From a virus, in IMG/VR virus record IMGVR_UViG_3300035544_000158, positions 1-17,124 of that record: a DNA stretch of 17,124 nt. One strand, written 5' to 3'. Positions 13,118 through 17,124 of this stretch are shown here, in pieces. The first letter of the stretch is position 1. Every line of letters starts with the position of its first letter. Made by a program: the position numbers and the translations under genes. The notes beneath the pieces are model-generated. The model was given only the letters and a program-made list of their open reading frames with translations, had not been told where the DNA came from and made no database searches.

Positions 13118-14878
13118 ATGGATCCACGGGAATTAGCTGATTTATATTTAGGAGAATATAAGGACAAAGGGAATGAAATCAATGCTAAGAACTGCCCTTT
13201 TTGTGGACCGAATCCAAAGAGGGATAATCAATATAAATTTTTTATGAACAAGGAAACTGGAGCCTATAAGTGCTACAGAGAGAATCATTGTGGAGCCGAG
13301 GGTGGATTTAAAGATTTATTAGAGCACTTCGGGGAAGAGGATTATGACAATTATTATAAACCGAAAAAGAAAAAATATAAAAAGCCTAAAGTTTCAAATA
13401 CTACCGAGGTAAAAGGGAAGGTTGCTGAGTATTTAAAAAAGCGTGGAATCAGCGAAAAGACTTGGAACAACAAATATCTTGAAGCTAAAAATGGTCGAAT
13501 AGTTTTTAAATATTTTAAGAATGATGAACTGGTATTAGTAAAATATCGGTCAGCTGATAAAAAGAAAAAATACAGTGCTGAACCAGGAGGAAAACCAGTT
13601 CTTTGGGGAATAGATGAGGTTGATCCTAATGAAAGTGTGATTATTACAGAGGGTGAATTCGATAAATTAGCAATTGAGGAATGTGGAATCGACAATGTTG
13701 TCAGTGTGCCAATGGGTTCCAATAATCTAAAGTGGATAGAGCACGACTGGTCAGTCCTGGAGAAGGTCAAAGAGTTTATTATTTGGCCAGATAATGATGA
13801 AGCAGGAATGAAAATGAAAAATGAAGTAGTCAACAGGCTGGGAAAGCACAGGTGTAAAGTAGTTAAGTCGGAAATGAAAGATGCTAATCTCTTAATGTTC
13901 AAAAAAGGGAAGCAGGCAATCTACAATGCCTTAGATAATGCAGAGTTTGAGCCGATTGACAATGTAATTAGAATGGCAGATGTCGAGCCCCTTAAATTAA
14001 ATCAGATAGACAGCTGTCCTTCCAGTGTTCCAGCACTCAACAGGGTTCTTGGTGGTTTTATGATGGGATATATCACGGTCTGGACTGGTAAGAATTCAAG
14101 TGGTAAATCCACGCTGCTAAATCAAGAAATACTGGAGGCAATAGATCAGGGTTACGGTGTCGGATTGTATTCAGGAGAATTAAATGCCGATTTAGTTCAA
14201 AAGTGGATAGCATATCAGGCAGCAGGACCTCAAAATTTAGAATATGAATATCATGATCTAAAAAAAGAGGAAATGCCCGAGGTTCCAGATGATGTAATGG
14301 AAAAAATCAGAAAATGGTATGGTGATAATTTCTTTTACTATGACCTCAATTCCAGCACTAAGCCAAAGAAAATATTAAATACTTTTGAGAATTTATATAA
14401 GCAATATGGGACTAAAATTTTTGTAATAGATAACATAATGACCCCAGAATATGGTGGAAGTGGCAGTGAATATATGCATCGGCAAAGCAGATTTGTTACA
14501 GCTATTAAACAATTTGCTCAGAGATTAAATGTTCATGTTCATATTGTAGCACACCCGAGAAAATCTAAAGGAAAAGTTGAAAAAGAAGATGTGGCAGGAT
14601 TGTACGAGATAACTAATAAAACAGACAACTTAGTCGCTTTTCATAGAGTTACTAAAAATAATATTGATATTTTTGATGATGAGATTAAGAACAGATATAT
14701 AGAATTGAACCAGCTGGAAGATAAGCCAAAAGATTTTAATGTGGTAGAAGTTCAGAAATCAAGGATTTACGGCTGGCAAAATGTAAAATCAGCTCTAAAA
14801 TTTGATGTGGATTCAAAGAGGTTTTATCCGTTCAATTCGAGGACTCTAAAAAATAAAAAGTATGGGTGGGAAAAATGA
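13118..14878 (+). CDS. Bifunctional DNA primase-helicase (T7 gp4/Twinkle-like: Zn ribbon + Toprim + SF4 RecA-like helicase)
   Basis: Zn motif CPFCG...CYRENHCG. Toprim ITEGEFDKLA and IWPDNDEAG. Walker A GKNSSGKST, Walker B IFVIDNIM, then HIVAHPRK. Confidence 0.85.
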   Translation: MDPRELADLYLGEYKDKGNEINAKNCPFCGPNPKRDNQYKFFMNKETGAYKCYRENHCGAEGGFKDLLEHFGEEDYDNYYKPKKKKYKKPKVSNTTEVKGKVAEYLKKRGISEKTWNNKYLEAKNGRIVFKYFKNDELVLVKYRSADKKKKYSAEPGGKPVLWGIDEVDPNESVIITEGEFDKLAIEECGIDNVVSVPMGSNNLKWIEHDWSVLEKVKEFIIWPDNDEAGMKMKNEVVNRLGKHRCKVVKSEMKDANLLMFKKGKQAIYNALDNAEFEPIDNVIRMADVEPLKLNQIDSCPSSVPALNRVLGGFMMGYITVWTGKNSSGKSTLLNQEILEAIDQGYGVGLYSGELNADLVQKWIAYQAAGPQNLEYEYHDLKKEEMPEVPDDVMEKIRKWYGDNFFYYDLNSSTKPKKILNTFENLYKQYGTKIFVIDNIMTPEYGGSGSEYMHRQSRFVTAIKQFAQRLNVHVHIVAHPRKSKGKVEKEDVAGLYEITNKTDNLVAFHRVTKNNIDIFDDEIKNRYIELNQLEDKPKDFNVVEVQKSRIYGWQNVKSALKFDVDSKRFYPFNSRTLKNKKYGWEK

Positions 14879-15078
14879 TAAATTTAAAATTTGTATCCGA
14901 TAAAATCCACGACATACAGCTAAAGAACAACGATAATTGGGAAGAGACAGCCAGGGATTTAAGGGAAATTGAAAAGGACCTGATGTCAGTGCTTAAATAT
15001 GTAAAAGATTGTCGAAAGATTTATGAAAGCTACACCGAAGAAGAATTAAAAAATATTTTTGATGAGGTGATCAAATGA
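14875..15078 (+). CDS. Small hypothetical protein
   Basis: ATG 14875 overlaps the helicase stop (ATGA). The track's start at 14866 is a GTG with no SD. Confidence 0.55.
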   Translation: MINLKFVSDKIHDIQLKNNDNWEETARDLREIEKDLMSVLKYVKDCRKIYESYTEEELKNIFDEVIK

Positions 15079-15365
15079 GAGGATTCGCTAAGCTACTAAA
15101 AGATATTGATAATATTAAAAGGCAAAATAATGCCAGTAATCAGGAAATGTCAGTATTATTGGCTAAAATAAGCAATCACTATAGAGAACGAGCTGAACCA
15201 AATCAGAGAAAGAGGTTGATCAGTGAGACAAAAGATAAAATTGAAACTGCTTTAACCTTTGTTGAAGCCCTGGAAGCAGAAAGAGGCAGCGTTTTCACTC
15301 ATGAAGCAAGGGAAGTTATCACTGATATTGGTGATTATTTAGACGAGATAGAAAAATACAGTTAG
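15075..15365 (+). CDS. Small hypothetical helical protein
   Basis: ATGA start/stop overlap with the previous ORF. GAGGTGA SD. Confidence 0.6.
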   Translation: MRGFAKLLKDIDNIKRQNNASNQEMSVLLAKISNHYRERAEPNQRKRLISETKDKIETALTFVEALEAERGSVFTHEAREVITDIGDYLDEIEKYS

Positions 15366-15375
15366 GAGGCAGCAG

Positions 15376-15918
15376 ATGTTAGCAACTAAATTAGCTTATC
15401 GCTACACTAAAGGCGAAATGAAAGAACTTTTAAAGAGTTTGACCGTTCTCATTGACACCAGGGAGCAGGCCAACACTCACATTCAGGGATATTTCGATAG
15501 TAAATGTATAGATCATAAAAGCAAAAAGCTTGATTTTGGTGATTACAGCTTCATGTTACCGAGGAATGATGAGCTGGGGATCATGAGAGATATTTATTTT
15601 ATGGACCAGATAGCGATAGAAAGAAAAGCTAGCTTAACAGAATTGAGCAATAATTTTACTCACGATAGAACTCAGTTTGAGAACGAGTTAATCAGGTCGA
15701 ATGGGAGCAAATTAATTCTACTGGTAGAGAATGCAGCAGGGTATGAGGATATTATTGAGCATAATTACAGGACTCAGTATAAGCCAAAAAGTTTTCTGGC
15801 CACGCTGCATTCATTTAAACACCGTTATGACCTTGATACTGTGTTCATAAAGCCCGAAATAGCAGGAGATTACATTTATCGAAGTTTATATTATTGGCTT
15901 AGAGAATACCTTAAATAA
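15376..15918 (+). CDS. ERCC4 (XPF/Mus81-type) domain nuclease
   Basis: AGGAGG SD. LIDTREQ ... GDYSF ... IERKASLTELSNNF matches the GDxn-ERK signature. The acidic residue after ERKxxx is shifted by one (Thr-Glu). Confidence 0.55.
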   Translation: MLATKLAYRYTKGEMKELLKSLTVLIDTREQANTHIQGYFDSKCIDHKSKKLDFGDYSFMLPRNDELGIMRDIYFMDQIAIERKASLTELSNNFTHDRTQFENELIRSNGSKLILLVENAAGYEDIIEHNYRTQYKPKSFLATLHSFKHRYDLDTVFIKPEIAGDYIYRSLYYWLREYLK

Positions 15919-15942
15919 GACCCTAAGAAGGAGGTATTATTA

Positions 15943-16161
15943 ATGGAAAATAGCAAAGTGATTTATTTAGATAGATTTAAAGGAGAGGGAAAAGGGAAAA
16001 ATGAATGCAGCAGACTTAGAAATAAAATTATCCAGGCTCTAAGAGAGGAAAATTATTTTGATAACCCAGATGCCCCAAGCAGAATTGAAATAAATATTTC
16101 CTTGAGTAAAAGCAAAAATAATAAAAAAACAGAGATATTTATTAGGCAAACTGATGAATAG
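15943..16161 (+). CDS. Small hypothetical protein
   Basis: AAGGAGG SD 8 nt upstream. 72 aa, basic. Confidence 0.55.
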   Translation: MENSKVIYLDRFKGEGKGKNECSRLRNKIIQALREENYFDNPDAPSRIEINISLSKSKNNKKTEIFIRQTDE

Positions 16162-16265
16162 TCGCAGTTTCTGCAGGCCCTAAAAAGAGCAAATTTAATA
16201 ATAGTCGGAGTTTTCGGAGCCCCTAAAAAAGGATAAACCGAGTTTTCCGAGGCCTTAAAAAAGAG
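16158..16265. repeat. Three direct ~32-nt repeats (A-boxes)
   Basis: ATAGTCGCAGTTTCTGCAGGCCCTAAAAAGAG (16158-16189), ATAGTCGGAGTTTTCGGAGCCCCTAAAAAAGG (16201-16232), ATAAACCGAGTTTTCCGAGGCCTTAAAAAAGAGA (16233-16266). Each holds an internal 5-mer duplicated across TTTT and ends in GCCyTAAAAAAG. Confidence 0.7.
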
Positions 16266-16275
16266 AGAGTTTGCT

Positions 16276-16430
16276 GACACGGTTATGCGTGCGAGACTAA
16301 AACTTAACAAAACTTCACATTGAGAGACTTACAAAAGCTTACATTGGATACCTGAAAAAACCTGAGATTGAGTAGAGTTTGGTAACACGATAGACGCGTG
16401 AGAATGTTTACATATGTTGACATTGGAGAG
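16276..16430. repeat. Second set of direct repeats (B/C boxes)
   Basis: ACACGGTTATGCGTGCGAGA (16277-) resembles ACACGATAGACGCGTGAGAA (16384-). ACTTAACAAAACTTCACATTGAGA (16302-) resembles ACTTACAAAAGCTTACATTGGATA (16327-). ACATTG(G)AGAG occurs three times (16317, 16341, 16421). Confidence 0.6.
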
Positions 16431-16438
16431 TAAAGGAG

Positions 16439-16741
16439 GTGATTATTATCAAGTCTAAACAGGTAAAGGTTAAGGGTGAAGATTACTTAATCAAGAATCC
16501 TGGTGCCAGATGGATCATAAAATTAGACGATGAATTAAAGAATAGTGGTGAAAACTTTGGTTCGTATGATTTGAAAGATTTCTCTGATAGGCTGCTGAGT
16601 AAGGTAGTTGACGGGGAACTGCCAGCTGATGAAGAAGTGCAAGAAAAATTATTTAATGAAACATTGAAATTTATTGGTTTGTCGATAAAAGAGGAAACTA
16701 TTGACGGTGAAAAGATAATGTATTTTGACTTTGAGCCTTAA
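16439..16741 (+). CDS. Tail assembly chaperone-like protein (gpG-like), tentative
   Basis: About 100 aa and acidic, immediately upstream of the tape measure. KQVKVKGEDYLIKNPGARWIIKLDDEL resembles the N-terminus of siphoviral TACs. The start is uncertain: GTG 16439 abuts AAGGAGG but lies 8 nt after GGAGAG (16425-16430). Confidence 0.4.
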   Translation: MIIIKSKQVKVKGEDYLIKNPGARWIIKLDDELKNSGENFGSYDLKDFSDRLLSKVVDGELPADEEVQEKLFNETLKFIGLSIKEETIDGEKIMYFDFEP

Positions 16742-16766
16742 TAGATTACAGAGAGGTGTTTAAGTT

Positions 16767-17124
16767 ATGACAGGAGGTTCACAGAGAAGTTTACATTTCA
16801 AAGTTGGATTCGGAATTAATGACAGGCCACTCACTCAGGCCGATAGACGAGTTGATGATTTTAAGCAGAGTGTGGTCAGGGCTACTGACAGAATGGGAGC
16901 CTTAGAGAGAAAAGCATATACTGCTGGCCGAGCTATGTCCAATGCTTTCAGTGGTGTTAAAAGAGCAATGGGTCGAGGGATTGCATTACTTGAAAGATAT
17001 CGATACCAGTTAGGATTGATAGCTGGTGCGGGGATAGCTGCTATAACTAAATCGGTGTTCAGTGCTGGTGATGCCAGGGAAACAGTAAATAAATTCAATG
17101 TTGTATTTGGTGAGGTGTCTGATC
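16767..17124 (+). CDS. Tape measure protein, 5' portion (continues at base 1 via the circular junction)
   Basis: GAGAGG SD lies 10 nt before ATG 16767. The ORF is open to the window end and in frame with 1..2289. Bases 16998-17124 duplicate 1-127. Confidence 0.75.
   Translation, partial: MTGGSQRSLHFKVGFGINDRPLTQADRRVDDFKQSVVRATDRMGALERKAYTAGRAMSNAFSGVKRAMGRGIALLERYRYQLGLIAGAGIAAITKSVFSAGDARETVNKFNVVFGEVSD
16998..17124. repeat. Terminal redundancy, copy 2 (identical to 1-127)
   Basis: 127/127 identity with the window start. Confidence 0.95.

Larger units (their letters stand above)
1..16997. mobile_element. Unit-length circular phage-derived episome (satellite-like or plasmid-like), 16,997 bp
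   Basis: Exact 127-nt terminal redundancy (1-127 = 16998-17124) with an ORF reading in frame through the junction. Carries phage-type regulators and replication genes plus its own Rep and iterons. No integrase, capsid, terminase or lysis ORF in the six-frame track. Confidence 0.6.

Noticed and set aside
16700-16770. Looked for a gpG/gpGT-type programmed frameshift at the end of the TAC-like ORF.
   Set aside because: I found no XXXYYYZ slippery heptamer near the stop. Both alternative frames hit stop codons within ~25 nt (the TMP frame has TAA at 16761-16763), so no extension product is possible.
1-17124. Searched by eye for tRNA, rRNA, DnaA boxes (TTATCCACA), partition ATPase (ParA Walker box) and recombinase motifs.
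   Set aside because: I recognised none. The only Walker A motif is in the primase-helicase. Absence by eye is not proof and needs tRNAscan, Infernal and HMM confirmation.

Overview
The window is a complete circular molecule. Bases 16998-17124 exactly copy bases 1-127, so the unique sequence is 16,997 bp. A tape-measure ORF reads through the junction (16767..17124 joined to 1..2289, 839 aa). The DNA is AT-rich with Firmicutes-style signals: AGGAGG Shine-Dalgarno sites, GTG/TTG starts, TGnTAAAAT extended -10 promoters and hairpin plus T-run terminators. The content looks like a stripped-down temperate siphovirus or PICI-like genome: (i) a divergent switch with a leftward 356-aa CGNR-type zinc-finger protein and a rightward small XRE/Cro-like HTH; (ii) a phage-type replication module (replisome organizer, Toprim+SF4 primase-helicase, ERCC4-like nuclease); (iii) a second, plasmid/PICI-type replicon (AEP PrimPol + PriCT + winged-helix Rep, followed directly by 3 x 67-bp iterons and an AT-rich tract); (iv) two excisionase-type HTH genes; (v) two tandem ArpU/sigma-region-4-like regulators; (vi) only two virion-related genes, a tail-assembly-chaperone-like ORF and the tape measure. 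I see no integrase or recombinase, terminase, portal, capsid, major tail, baseplate, holin or lysin ORF. About 18% is non-coding. That space holds several repeat arrays and two small hydrophobic peptide genes below the ORF-track cutoff, both arranged like type I toxin-antitoxin loci. My best reading is a non-integrating, episomal phage-satellite-like element or phage-derived plasmid. All family calls come from motif recognition by eye; no searches were run.
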